Assembly: GCA_964519305.1 (NCBI GenBank) | Contig: CAZFHY010000001.1 | Span: 282,132-346,131 of the forward strand | DNA: 64,000 nucleotides | Direction of reading: 5' to 3' | Origin: Candidatus Undinarchaeota archaeon | GTDB taxonomy: Archaea; SpSt-1190; JASMDC01 | Shown: piece after piece, positions 1 through 8,950 of the stretch | Layout: the number at the start of each line of letters is the position of its first letter | Numbering within the stretch: position 1 is the stretch's first letter | The notes under the pieces: generated by a model | What the model saw: only the letters and a program-made list of their open reading frames with translations | The model's database searches: none | What the model was told of the DNA's origin: nothing | Translations under genes and position numbers: made by a program

Positions 1-1638
1 GGCAGCAGTGCGCGGCGTCTCAGTGTACAACCGCTCATAGAAGTACACGCATCGTCCATCCGCTAATAGACCTACGATGTCATCCCGATGTCGTGCCACG
101 GCACCCGGGACGGCAGTGTTGCCCTCACCCACAACCCCCTTCGAATCGACCACCACTCTCCTATCCCAGAAGTACCCGGTCTCGATGGATGTCTCGTACA
201 TGATGAAGCACTCACGGCCCACCAAAGGCTTCCACTGGTCGATGATGCTCACTTCCATGGCGTAGGTTTCCCGCAAGGGGCTGGGGATACCGTCTGCCGT
301 GATGACCGCGGGGTAGAGGACGGTCACGAGAACTGCACCCGCCATGCCCGCCACCACCGTATGACGTCGTTCAGTTCCGTTCCCACGCCATACGGTCCAC
401 GCTAGAAGAGCAAGCGGTAGAGCAAGATGGATGACCGTGAATGTAGATCGGACTCCTGACTCCAGCTCCAGTCCGTAGAAAGGCGCGTAGGCGAAAGGCA
501 GGTGGGCAAGGCCCGAGAGCACTATGGCCGTGCCCGTGACAGTGAACGATGAGGAGAGAAAAGGTGCACCAGCCCCGCAGAGCAGGGCGAAAGGCACGGA
601 TGCAGGGAGCATGTAGCGGGGTACGAAACCACCGAAGGTATGGACCAAATGAAGGCCCACGCGCGAGGCGAACCATAGCGCTGCCAGCGCACCGAGCGGA
701 CCAGTGCCGCGGACCAGTGCCACGATGCCCAACAGCGCCAGGGCCGTGAAGAAGTAGGACTGGTGGAAACCGTCGAGCCAATAGGTGACGTAGCGGACGT
801 TGCGCGGGATGGCGGTGGGTGAGATACGTGCGGTGAGCGGGACTCCAGCGTACGTGAACTCACCATAATCGATGAAATGGGGGATAAGAAGCGCTGCGAC
901 GACCAGCCACGGGAGGGGAGAAGGGTACACACCATATCTCCGAATGCCCCATACATACACTACGGCCAGAGGGATCACCGCCAATGGATTCTCCACCCTA
1001 AGAGTTACATGGAGCGCAAATGCAGCTGCAGCCAGCCATGCCCCTGAACGGCGACCGGTACGTACATGTAGGATTGCACCAGTCACGGCCAGGCACTCCG
1101 TAAGGACGGACAACACCTCGGACATCGTGACCGTTGCATACCGCACGTGCATCGGAAGAAGGGCGAGCACAAGCGCAGCCGTCAAGGCCTCGATGTGACC
1201 ACGGTCCAGCATTCGCATGATAAGGTAGACGCAGCCCACGGTCGCGATAGCGGCCACTGTACCCAAGAGGATTGTGGCATGAGCAGTGAAGCCCGCGATG
1301 ACAGACATCAGGGCGAGGAGGATAGGGTAGCCGATGGACTTGAACCCTCCGAACCGTTGACAGTCACCCAGCTCGCCAAGCGAGCAGAGCACGTTTAGTT
1401 TGTGGTGGACCAGTCCCGCTGCCTGGAGACGGAAGTAGGTGTCGTCCATGCTGGGGACTTGTCGGTACGGACTTAGGGCACGCGTGCCTAGAGCGAGCAG
1501 GAGAACGAGAAGAAGAGCGCGCCGTTCCCGCCTGTCACGGGGAAAGAAAGATGCCAGCCCGCGTCGCGAGGCAACTATAGCTACTGCGAGGAGCAGCAGG
1601 TTCGCCAGGGCGACGGGCAGCGCCAGGGGCGACGGCAT
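1..1638 (-). CDS. GT-C fold (PMT/ArnT-like, family 39/83) membrane glycosyltransferase, paralog 1; 3' end runs off the window
   Basis: Missing from the ORF track because it has no stop in the window. Manual translation from ATG 1638 gives MPSPLALPVALANLLLLAVAIVASRR...PYRQVPSMDDTYF...LNVLCSLGELGDCQRF...IGYP, and near position 60 GRCVYFYE. This is collinear with the paralogs at 1685, 3494 and 8951. Confidence 0.85.
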   Translation of the reverse strand, partial: MPSPLALPVALANLLLLAVAIVASRRGLASFFPRDRRERRALLLVLLLALGTRALSPYRQVPSMDDTYFRLQAAGLVHHKLNVLCSLGELGDCQRFGGFKSIGYPILLALMSVIAGFTAHATILLGTVAAIATVGCVYLIMRMLDRGHIEALTAALVLALLPMHVRYATVTMSEVLSVLTECLAVTGAILHVRTGRRSGAWLAAAAFALHVTLRVENPLAVIPLAVVYVWGIRRYGVYPSPLPWLVVAALLIPHFIDYGEFTYAGVPLTARISPTAIPRNVRYVTYWLDGFHQSYFFTALALLGIVALVRGTGPLGALAALWFASRVGLHLVHTFGGFVPRYMLPASVPFALLCGAGAPFLSSSFTVTGTAIVLSGLAHLPFAYAPFYGLELESGVRSTFTVIHLALPLALLAWTVWRGNGTERRHTVVAGMAGAVLVTVLYPAVITADGIPSPLRETYAMEVSIIDQWKPLVGRECFIMYETSIETGYFWDRRVVVDSKGVVGEGNTAVPGAVARHRDDIVGLLADGRCVYFYERLYTETPRTAA

Positions 1639-1655
1639 AGCACGCTGTGCGGGTC

Positions 1656-1673
1656 GAACCTTTAAAGAGGTTC
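1656..1673 (-). promoter_or_regulatory. TATA box embedded in palindrome GAACCT-N6-AGGTTC (promoter of GT-C paralog 1)
   Basis: gaacct ttaaag aggttc; TTTAAA lies about 23 nt upstream of ATG 1638. The same element precedes three other paralogs. Confidence 0.7.
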
Positions 1674-1684
1674 CGCGCGCGGGA

Positions 1685-3445
1685 TCATGTTGCGGCGTCC
1701 GTCACGTGATACAGCGCCAGCTCACGATACACTTCTGTAGATTCTGCGACATCCTTGGGCACGATGATCCGCTCGATGACCTCCAGCTCGAACTCTCGGT
1801 GTAGCATCTCGAATGTTACGTCCTGCTCGGGCTGCGTTTCGTAGATGTAAACGCACGCACCGTTCTCCAGGAGCGTACGCACGTCATCACGGAGTATGGC
1901 CACAGTCCCCGACATGGGAAGGTGTGAGCTGAGCATGAGGACTGGGCGTTGCCAGAGGACGCGGTATGGCATTGGACGTGGGACTACTACGACACAGTCC
2001 GGTTTGACGAAGGCCTTCCAGCCATCGATTGTCTCCCGCTCAAGCTCGAAGGCGGTCGAGTAGGTCCGCGGCAGACCGTCCGTCGTCATGTTCGTAGTGT
2101 AGAACGTCATATTAAGGACGAGGCACGTGACCAGCGCCATACCGGCCAGTAATCGCTGACCCCCCCTCGTCCGGATCGCTATCCAGAGGAGGGTGACCGC
2201 AGGGATACCCAGGTGGAGCGGCGTGAGCACCGACATGGTGGATCCCGGTAGCTCGAATCCGTACAATGGGGAGTAGGCGAACGGAAGGTGTAGCAGACCG
2301 GAAAGAACGAGCGCTGCCACAAGCGGTCCGGTGGGCAGAGATAGCGCTGCGGCACCTGCCCCCGCCGCTAAGGCGAAGGGAATGGTTAGCGTGATCATGT
2401 ACCGTGGGATGAACACCGTGTATGAATGGAACAGGTAGATCGTCAGCCGTGTGGTGAACCACCCAAGTGTCAACGCTGCAAATCCCCGGGGTAGACGTCG
2501 CCAGGACGCCCACCCAATCAGTGCCAATGCGGTGAAAAGGAAGGGCAGGAAGTACCCGTCGAGCCAGTAGGTCATGTATCCAACGTTATCGACCACATAG
2601 CGTGGGTGTACTCTGTGTAGGATGCTCTCGTGCTCGCTGACGGACTCGTTGTGCATCTGGTTCCAGTTGTACTCGTCCCAATCCCCGAAATGAGGTGCGG
2701 TCAGCAAGAGGGCGAGCATCCAAGGCAGAATTGTCGGGCGTGCTCGGTACCTCGTGACGATGTACATGAGCGCCATCGGGATCAATGCGAGGGGTGCCTC
2801 CCGGCGAACGGTGACTGCAAAGGCCAGGGATATCGCTCCCAACCATCCCGGTGCTGCCCGCCCGGTGCGTGCGTGGAGGAGCGCTCCGAGCACGGCCAGC
2901 CCCTCGAACAGCACTGACACGACCTCTGGATGGGACACCATGGAGTACCGCACGTGCATCGGGATAAGAGCGGCCACGATGGCGGCATACAGCGCCGTCC
3001 GGTGGTCGCCCGATAGGAGCCGTGCGATTAGATAAACGATTCCGACCGACAGTGTACCGGCCATGGTCCCTAAGGCAAGGGTCGCTGCTCTCGTAAACCC
3101 GAAGAGCATCGAAGACAGGGACAGCATCACCGGGTATCCGACAGGATAGAACATGGCGAAGCGCTGGCAGTCGTCCAGCTGGCCGAATATGCAGAAAACG
3201 TTGAGCCGGTTGACAGCGAGATTGAGCGACTGGTCCTGGTAATACCACTCGTCGTTCCAGTTCAGCGGTTGGTACGGATTGATGACCCTTACCGCGAACG
3301 CCAAGAGAAGCACGAGGAGCAGTTCACGCCGCATGGAGCGAGAGCTGGGAATAGCTCGTGACATCTCCCGACGCGAGGCCGCCAGCGCTACAGCGATGAG
3401 CAGGAGGTTCGCCAGGGCGACGGGCAGCGCCAAGGGCGACGGCAT
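1685..3445 (-). CDS. GT-C fold membrane glycosyltransferase, paralog 2
   Basis: 586 aa, many TM segments, WNDEW acidic motif in the first outer loop, FC..G...C, YPVGYP, LIPMHVRY, C-terminal soluble domain with GACVYIYE. Confidence 0.85.
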   Translation of the reverse strand: MPSPLALPVALANLLLIAVALAASRREMSRAIPSSRSMRRELLLVLLLAFAVRVINPYQPLNWNDEWYYQDQSLNLAVNRLNVFCIFGQLDDCQRFAMFYPVGYPVMLSLSSMLFGFTRAATLALGTMAGTLSVGIVYLIARLLSGDHRTALYAAIVAALIPMHVRYSMVSHPEVVSVLFEGLAVLGALLHARTGRAAPGWLGAISLAFAVTVRREAPLALIPMALMYIVTRYRARPTILPWMLALLLTAPHFGDWDEYNWNQMHNESVSEHESILHRVHPRYVVDNVGYMTYWLDGYFLPFLFTALALIGWASWRRLPRGFAALTLGWFTTRLTIYLFHSYTVFIPRYMITLTIPFALAAGAGAAALSLPTGPLVAALVLSGLLHLPFAYSPLYGFELPGSTMSVLTPLHLGIPAVTLLWIAIRTRGGQRLLAGMALVTCLVLNMTFYTTNMTTDGLPRTYSTAFELERETIDGWKAFVKPDCVVVVPRPMPYRVLWQRPVLMLSSHLPMSGTVAILRDDVRTLLENGACVYIYETQPEQDVTFEMLHREFELEVIERIIVPKDVAESTEVYRELALYHVTDAAT

Positions 3446-3462
3446 GGCACGCTGTGTGGGTC

Positions 3463-3480
3463 GAACCTTTATAGAGGTTC
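3463..3480 (-). promoter_or_regulatory. TATA box embedded in palindrome GAACCT-N6-AGGTTC (promoter of GT-C paralog 2)
   Basis: gaacct ttatag aggttc, at the same spacing from ATG 3445 as in paralog 1. Confidence 0.7.
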
Positions 3481-3493
3481 CGCGCTCGGCGGC

Positions 3494-5257
3494 TCAGCCC
3501 GCTATGGCCGTCACGCGGTATAGCGAGAGCTCCTGGAGCATCCCGGTGGCCTTTGCATCGTTCGTGGGTACGATTACGAGACCTTGGTGCTCAAGGACAA
3601 AGGAGTCGTGCATCATCCGCCCGTCGATATCAGGCACCCGCTGTGTTTCATAGAGGTATACGCAAGCGCCTTCGGCCAGAAGGCCGGCCACGTCGTCATG
3701 CAATCCGGCAACGGTGTCAGGAAGAGCCAAGTGCGAGGTGCGCATCACCAGTGGGCGCTGCCACAGTGCCCGATAGGGCACAGGACTGGGCACCACAACG
3801 AAGCAGTCCTCCCCCACGAGGACTTGCCATCCCTCGATAGTTGACGACTCCAAGTAGAAGGTCCGGTGGAACGGGGGGATGAGCCCGTCCGCCTGTTCGA
3901 CATTGGGATAGAGCATGGGCAGGAGCACCAGGCCCACCAATAGCGCCACTGCTGTCGCACGCCTTTCTCGACCGATAGCGTGCCGTGCACCCCACACCAG
4001 GAGTGCAAGCGGGACGAGCCCATGGACTATCCCCAGAGGACCGCGCACTCCATAGGGGAGCTCCAGTCCGAACATGCGACTATAAGCGAATGGCAGGTGG
4101 AGCAGGCCGGAAACGAGCAACCCGGTCTTCAGGACACCGGTCGGCCAGGACAAGACGGTCACGGCCGCTCCCGCCATCAGAGCGTAGGGGACCGATAGCG
4201 CGAGCATGTAACGGGGGATGAACACCGTGTAGGAGTGGAAGAGGTACGGGGCGATCCGTGTGACGAACCACAGCACTGTGAGCGAGCCAATTGGTGCGGG
4301 CAGACGCGACAGAGCAGCAATCCCAATGAAAGCGAGGGCCGTGAACAGGTAGGGCTGGAAGTAACCGTTGACCCAGTAGGTGATGTAGTGCAGGTTCTCA
4401 AGGACGTAGCGTGGATGCACTCGCCGGGCCACGCCATCGTATTCCGCTACGGACTCGGTGTACATCTGGTTCCAGAAACGCTCCGGTGTCTCGGCGATGT
4501 GGGGGATGAGGAGCACAAAGGCCAGCGCCCATGGGAACAACGAGGGTCGCACTCCATGCCGGCTTCCCCAATGATATACCACAGCGACAGGGACCAGCAC
4601 AAGGAGCGCCTCGCGGCGCACCATTGCGGCGAAGGCGAAGGACAAGGCCGCAAGCCACCCAGGGGCGTCACGCCCACTGCGTACATGAAGGACCGCGGCC
4701 AGTACGGCCAGACCTTCGGCGAGCGCGCCAAGGACATCGGGGCGCACTTCGACCGCATAGCGTACATGCATGGGCAGGAGCGCGATTATCAGTGCGGCGG
4801 TAAGGGCGGCACATTCGTCACGGAGCAGGAGGCGGGCCAGGAGATATGCGACAGCGACAGTGGCGGTCCCCGCGAGCACCCCCAACAGACGGGCGGCCGT
4901 GTCTGCGGACCCGGTCACGGCCATTCCGAGGGAGAGGACGAGCGGGTAGCCGATAGGATAGAACATGGCGGTATCTCTGCAGGCGCCGGGCTCACCGAAG
5001 GTGCAGAACGTGTTGAGTCGGTCGATCATGAGCGACTCCGCCTGGTCGTGGTAGAACCACTCGTCGTTCCACATGAGAGGCTCGTAGGGATTGGCGACAC
5101 GTACTCCGAACGCTAGAATGAGCACCAAGAGAAGGATCCGACGTCCGCTTGGATAACCCGGGAGTGCGGCGGCCAGCTGCCGACGTGAAGCAATGAGCGC
5201 AACGGCCGCGAGCAGGAGGTTGAGGAGAGCCGCGGGCAGCGCCAGGGGCGACGGCAT
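3494..5257 (-). CDS. GT-C fold membrane glycosyltransferase, paralog 3
   Basis: Start moved to ATG 5257 (MPSPLALP, as in the paralogs). WNDEWFY, YPIGYP, LLPMHVRY, GACVYLYE. Confidence 0.85.
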   Translation of the reverse strand: MPSPLALPAALLNLLLAAVALIASRRQLAAALPGYPSGRRILLLVLILAFGVRVANPYEPLMWNDEWFYHDQAESLMIDRLNTFCTFGEPGACRDTAMFYPIGYPLVLSLGMAVTGSADTAARLLGVLAGTATVAVAYLLARLLLRDECAALTAALIIALLPMHVRYAVEVRPDVLGALAEGLAVLAAVLHVRSGRDAPGWLAALSFAFAAMVRREALLVLVPVAVVYHWGSRHGVRPSLFPWALAFVLLIPHIAETPERFWNQMYTESVAEYDGVARRVHPRYVLENLHYITYWVNGYFQPYLFTALAFIGIAALSRLPAPIGSLTVLWFVTRIAPYLFHSYTVFIPRYMLALSVPYALMAGAAVTVLSWPTGVLKTGLLVSGLLHLPFAYSRMFGLELPYGVRGPLGIVHGLVPLALLVWGARHAIGRERRATAVALLVGLVLLPMLYPNVEQADGLIPPFHRTFYLESSTIEGWQVLVGEDCFVVVPSPVPYRALWQRPLVMRTSHLALPDTVAGLHDDVAGLLAEGACVYLYETQRVPDIDGRMMHDSFVLEHQGLVIVPTNDAKATGMLQELSLYRVTAIAG

Positions 5258-5267
5258 GGCGATGGGA

Positions 5268-5293
5268 GAAGCCTGAACCTTCAAATAGGCTTC
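5268..5293 (-). promoter_or_regulatory. Degenerate copy of the GT-C promoter palindrome
   Basis: gaagcct gaacct tcaaat aggcttc; GAACCT is at the same offset from ATG 5257, and there is a 7-bp IR GAAGCCT/AGGCTTC. Confidence 0.5.
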
Positions 5294-5300
5294 GGCGACA

Positions 5301-5864
5301 TCATGTCCTGTCCTCGTCCCCGCGGGGGGAGAACCGCATCATGATGACGTCCGGGCCAACCCGACGCTCCTCAAGCACATATCCGTGGTCCTGAAGCACA
5401 CCCGTTATGTATCCAGCGAGGAAATTGGCGAACACGGGCTCTTCCACTGCGTTCTGCGCGGTGATTTCCAGAAAGCCCTCCTCGCGCTTCCAAGAGAGGA
5501 GCGGGAACCATCCGGCGAACTTGTAGGCGTCCCGGAACACCTCCAAACAGTGCTTGACGTTATGTACGTCAGGGAACACCGTCTTGTAGAAGGATAGGAA
5601 GTTCGAGCTCTTTCGGGTACCCAGCTTGAAGGCCCCATCCTCATCGATCCCCTCGCGGTATGCCTCCAGGATATCACGTACGTCCGAGGCGCGTAGCGTG
5701 ACGCCGTGCTGAAGCTTCATCCACTGCTGGTAGCATACTGTATCCCCGAGCGATGTGGTCAGGGCCCTGTGCCGGTTGGAGAGGTTGAAGGCCTCGATGA
5801 GCACGTCGAGGATGTCAACCGCTCGCTTGTCGGCCGAGAAATTGAGTTGTATGCGTGCCGCCAC
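5301..5864 (-). CDS. Hypothetical protein, possible transcription regulator (RHH-like N-terminus, V4R-like C-terminus)
   Basis: 187 aa, GTG start. N-terminal beta-alpha-alpha-like pattern (RIQLNFS...AVDILDVLIEAF.LSNRHRAL). C-terminal FLEITAQN...FANFLAGYITGVL...VIMMRF resembles V4R-type small-molecule-binding domains. Fold call is inference. Confidence 0.5.
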   Translation of the reverse strand: MAARIQLNFSADKRAVDILDVLIEAFNLSNRHRALTTSLGDTVCYQQWMKLQHGVTLRASDVRDILEAYREGIDEDGAFKLGTRKSSNFLSFYKTVFPDVHNVKHCLEVFRDAYKFAGWFPLLSWKREEGFLEITAQNAVEEPVFANFLAGYITGVLQDHGYVLEERRVGPDVIMMRFSPRGDEDRT

Positions 5865-6060
5865 CAGTATACGAAAAGTCCGCCTAGGCTTTAATATTTT
5901 TCTATCTTCGTCGGAGGCCGTAACGCCCTTATAATTTGTTATAACCGTCGTTACGTGGAGTATAGTGCTTATTACATATTTAATGCTAAGTACTACTCAT
6001 AAATTTAGATTAATAGCTTATTAAGACGCACTAATGCACTATTCTCGCTTTAGAGAATCC
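5865..6060. promoter_or_regulatory. AT-rich intergenic region with nested inverted repeats
   Basis: Visibly AT-rich versus the flanks. CGTAACG-ccc-TTATAA-tttg-TTATAA-ccgt-CGTTACG at 5919-5955, TTAATA-gct-TATTAA near 6010-6024, ATTCTC/GAGAAT hairpin at 6041-6058. Confidence 0.55.
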
Positions 6061-6891
6061 TTAATTCTCAATACCTTTAGGGAAGGCTTTCCGTCCCTCG
6101 GATGTGGAGCTGCACGGAGGCGGGGCCGGCTGGACGACCATCCGGTCGAAACCGCGGTCTTCAAGGTCACGAGGAAGCACCTTATTGCGGTAGAATACCG
6201 TGTTCCCGCGGAGCAGGAGAGGGAGAGGCATGCTCTTGTGGGTGAGGGTGAAGGCCAGGTCCCGGCACTCGCGCTCGCAGGGCAGGATCCCGAGCTCGTC
6301 ACGGGCCTCAGGCTTGGTACAGGCACGGGATAGGCACAGACGTGTTGTTGTGACGTACACCCAAGGAGTATAGATACTACCTTTCATGGGAACCTCGTCC
6401 TCCGCCAAGGAGAAACCGATCCCTTGGAGGGGATTGTCGAACTCCGCACGAGTTACCCCCCGCTCGTGCAGGAACTGTCGATAGCTCTCCTGAGAGAGCG
6501 GTGAATCGCGAAGATATGCCTGCGCCTCCTCGGGAAGTCGTTCGATCACGTTTATCAGGCGCGGGCCACGCCGCTGGTAGGTGAGGATCCGGCCCATGAT
6601 GGGAACGTGGTCCTTCAGGGATGCCAACAGCCCCCAGTCGTTGAAGACTACCTCGGAGCCGGAGGGAAGGACGTCCAGAAGCTTCCGCACCTTCGACAGT
6701 CCCGTGTCCGTGAGATAAGGAGTGACCAGTGTGAGGGGGATACTTGCGTCCTTTGCCGCCTCCAGTCCGCGTGATAGCTCCTCCGGTGTGGGGAGGTTGC
6801 GCTCGCAGAACTCATTTCCGAGGTACACACGTTCATAGCCCTCGGGGATCCCTCCGACGGGGACCGTTGAGAGCAGCACGGCGCGCTCCAT
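6061..6891 (-). CDS. U32-family partner subunit (UbiV/TrhP-like small subunit), copy 1
   Basis: Start MERAVLL at ATG 6891, TGATG overlap with the upstream U32 gene. YLGNEFCERNLP, LTLVTP, EVVFNDWG, TTRLC, PCEREC, LRGNTVF. Confidence 0.75.
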   Translation of the reverse strand: MERAVLLSTVPVGGIPEGYERVYLGNEFCERNLPTPEELSRGLEAAKDASIPLTLVTPYLTDTGLSKVRKLLDVLPSGSEVVFNDWGLLASLKDHVPIMGRILTYQRRGPRLINVIERLPEEAQAYLRDSPLSQESYRQFLHERGVTRAEFDNPLQGIGFSLAEDEVPMKGSIYTPWVYVTTTRLCLSRACTKPEARDELGILPCERECRDLAFTLTHKSMPLPLLLRGNTVFYRNKVLPRDLEDRGFDRMVVQPAPPPCSSTSEGRKAFPKGIEN

Positions 6892-8027
6892 CAGCATTCC
6901 ACCTCTTTGCACCAGTCAACCTCAGGATAATAGCAGGAATCAATGTCGCATGGCATACCAAAACGCCTCCGATAATCTTTCTTGACGCGGGTGAAGAACG
7001 TATCCCGGTCAGGTTCCTCCTCAATTAAGTATTTAATCAGTTCGGCGACGAACCGCGTATCCGCCACCTTCCGGGCCGTGGGGAACACACGGCCGACGAT
7101 CTTGAAGCTGTCCACGCCGGCCTGCCATAGGTCATAGAGCGCACAGGCACCACAATTCGCTTGCACCTTGCGACCGAGGATCGACCGCACCCGGTCTGAA
7201 GCGGAGCCGGCCACAGGACCCTTACCGGTAACGGAATAGGTGTACCGACATGGATTGTAGACATGAGAAATAGCGCGCTCGATCGGGCCAGTCTCCGTGG
7301 CCTTTCGGGGGAGCCGGGCACCAATGGCGAGAGCGTGGGGATGGAAAAGCACACGGACTAGCAACCGGCCAAGGTAGGGATGGATCGGGTGAAGGACGTC
7401 CTCGTGGCCATGTTGGAATGTACAGTAACCCTCGATATTGCGGCAGCGGCCGTTTAGCACGAACGCTTCCAGCTCGATATCAGGTACTTTCTGACGGATG
7501 TGTCTTATCTCGTCCGTGGTTAGCTGGCGCTCAAGTATGATACGCGAAAGGCCGAGCTCCTTGAGGAAGCTAACACTCTCGCTGTTGAAGGTTGACAGAC
7601 CTGTGCTAGCGCAGATCCGGGCATCCGGATAGGCCTCCCGTGCCGCGAGTATGAGCCCGATATCGGAGATGATCACCGAGTCGATGTCACACGCTAGAGC
7701 ATCACCGAGCCATTCGAGGACACGCTCGTGCTCACCGTCCACGTACACGTGGGCGTTAAGGGCGAGGTACGCCTTCACGTCCCGGTCATGAGCTTCCCGG
7801 ACCACCTGACGGAGCTCGTCTAGCCCGTTGAGGGAAGCGAAATCCATATACCGGCGGTTGAATGCGATAACAGTGGAAAAATCACGTTTCCATGTACGAG
7901 GGAGCACACCGCAGTATATCTCGGTCGCACCTGCGTCGACCAGAGGCCCTACCTCAGATGGATCGCTCAGGGGAGCGGCGAGGGCGGGTCCTTGTGAACG
8001 CGCACCCCTTCCGTGCCCCGGTGGCAT
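6891..8027 (-). CDS. U32-family Fe-S protein (UbiU/TrhP/RlhA-like large subunit), copy 1
   Basis: LAAP..AGATEIYCG, DSVIISDIG, STFNSE, RIILERQL, ELEAFV, CRNIEGYC, CGACAL, SFKIVGR, terminal C...CYY. Start ATG 8027 chosen by TATA spacing. Confidence 0.85.
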   Translation of the reverse strand: MPPGHGRGARSQGPALAAPLSDPSEVGPLVDAGATEIYCGVLPRTWKRDFSTVIAFNRRYMDFASLNGLDELRQVVREAHDRDVKAYLALNAHVYVDGEHERVLEWLGDALACDIDSVIISDIGLILAAREAYPDARICASTGLSTFNSESVSFLKELGLSRIILERQLTTDEIRHIRQKVPDIELEAFVLNGRCRNIEGYCTFQHGHEDVLHPIHPYLGRLLVRVLFHPHALAIGARLPRKATETGPIERAISHVYNPCRYTYSVTGKGPVAGSASDRVRSILGRKVQANCGACALYDLWQAGVDSFKIVGRVFPTARKVADTRFVAELIKYLIEEEPDRDTFFTRVKKDYRRRFGMPCDIDSCYYPEVDWCKEVEC

Positions 8028-8046
8028 GCGCTGGCATCGTAGTAGC

Positions 8047-8062
8047 AATTATTTAAATCAAG
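8047..8062. promoter_or_regulatory. Shared bidirectional TATA box (U32 copy 1 / methyltransferase)
   Basis: attatttaaatc lies about 23-24 nt from both ATG 8027 (-) and ATG 8081 (+). Confidence 0.55.
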
Positions 8063-8080
8063 CTTATGGCGGTTGAAGCG

Positions 8081-8944
8081 ATGTCCTCGTCCTGGAGGAT
8101 GCTCCGTTGCCCACGCGACAGCTCACCCCTCGAGGAGGTGGACGAAGGGTTGCGGTGTCCCTCATGTTCATGCACCTTTCCCGTGGTGGACGGCGTGCCC
8201 GACCTCCTTGTGGACGAACCAGGTAACGAACTTGATAACTACTTCCGCCGTTGGCGTACCAAGAGCATAGAGGACCCTAACACCAACGACTACGCCCGAG
8301 CGCAGCGAGGGACCTTTCTTGAACGTACCTTCCACAACCGTCGCCTGGCCAGCTATCGGCGCCTTATGACGAAGGCCACTCAGGGACGCGAGCTGGGACT
8401 AGTGGTTGATCTGGGTTTCGGCACCGGTTATACGATTGATATCCATCCCCCGTGCGAGCGCCTCATCGGCCTGGAAATCAGCCGAGACAACATCGCCACC
8501 TGTCGCAAGAACATGGGAGAGCGATGCCCATCGCTTGTGCGAGGTGACGTGTACTCGCTACCCTTCGACGACGGTTCAGTGGACATGCTCTCAATGTTCT
8601 ACGTGTTCCATCGCCTCCAGCAGGACATGCTGATGAGAGAAGTCAAGCGGGTGCTACGCCCCGGTGGCGTCTTCGTGTTCACCGCCCCCTGGCACTATGC
8701 CTACCTATGGAACCAAGGTATACGGCGGTTGTTCCACCGCATAGGCATCTTCTCGGACTCGCCCGAGATGCGTATCTCCTTCGACGTCCCCATCCTGCGG
8801 TTCAGGACGTCTGATGTGCGTTTCCTTGCCTACGAGGTCCCGGGTATCCGGTGCAAGGAGGCCTACGTGGTCCCATCGCTCATGGAGATCCATGTAGTGT
8901 TCGTCAGGGAGGACAAACCCGAGACGTGCAAGTGCCCCGGTTGA
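8081..8944 (+). CDS. Class I SAM-dependent methyltransferase with N-terminal Trm112-like zinc ribbon
   Basis: LRCPRD...LRCPSC...FPVVDGVPDLL; VVDLGFGTG; GDVYSLPFDDGSVD; EVKRVLRPGG. Confidence 0.85.
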   Translation: MSSSWRMLRCPRDSSPLEEVDEGLRCPSCSCTFPVVDGVPDLLVDEPGNELDNYFRRWRTKSIEDPNTNDYARAQRGTFLERTFHNRRLASYRRLMTKATQGRELGLVVDLGFGTGYTIDIHPPCERLIGLEISRDNIATCRKNMGERCPSLVRGDVYSLPFDDGSVDMLSMFYVFHRLQQDMLMREVKRVLRPGGVFVFTAPWHYAYLWNQGIRRLFHRIGIFSDSPEMRISFDVPILRFRTSDVRFLAYEVPGIRCKEAYVVPSLMEIHVVFVREDKPETCKCPG

Positions 8945-8950
8945 AATCCA

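Noticed and set aside
1336-1346. GGTTCAAGTCC on the minus strand, resembling a tRNA T-loop
   Set aside because: It lies inside the GT-C paralog 1 reading frame, and no cloverleaf can be built around it.
5925-5950. dif/Xer-like site (ATAA...TTAT)
   Set aside because: The spacer is 4 nt rather than 6, and the arms do not match the dif pattern. Kept only as a generic inverted repeat.
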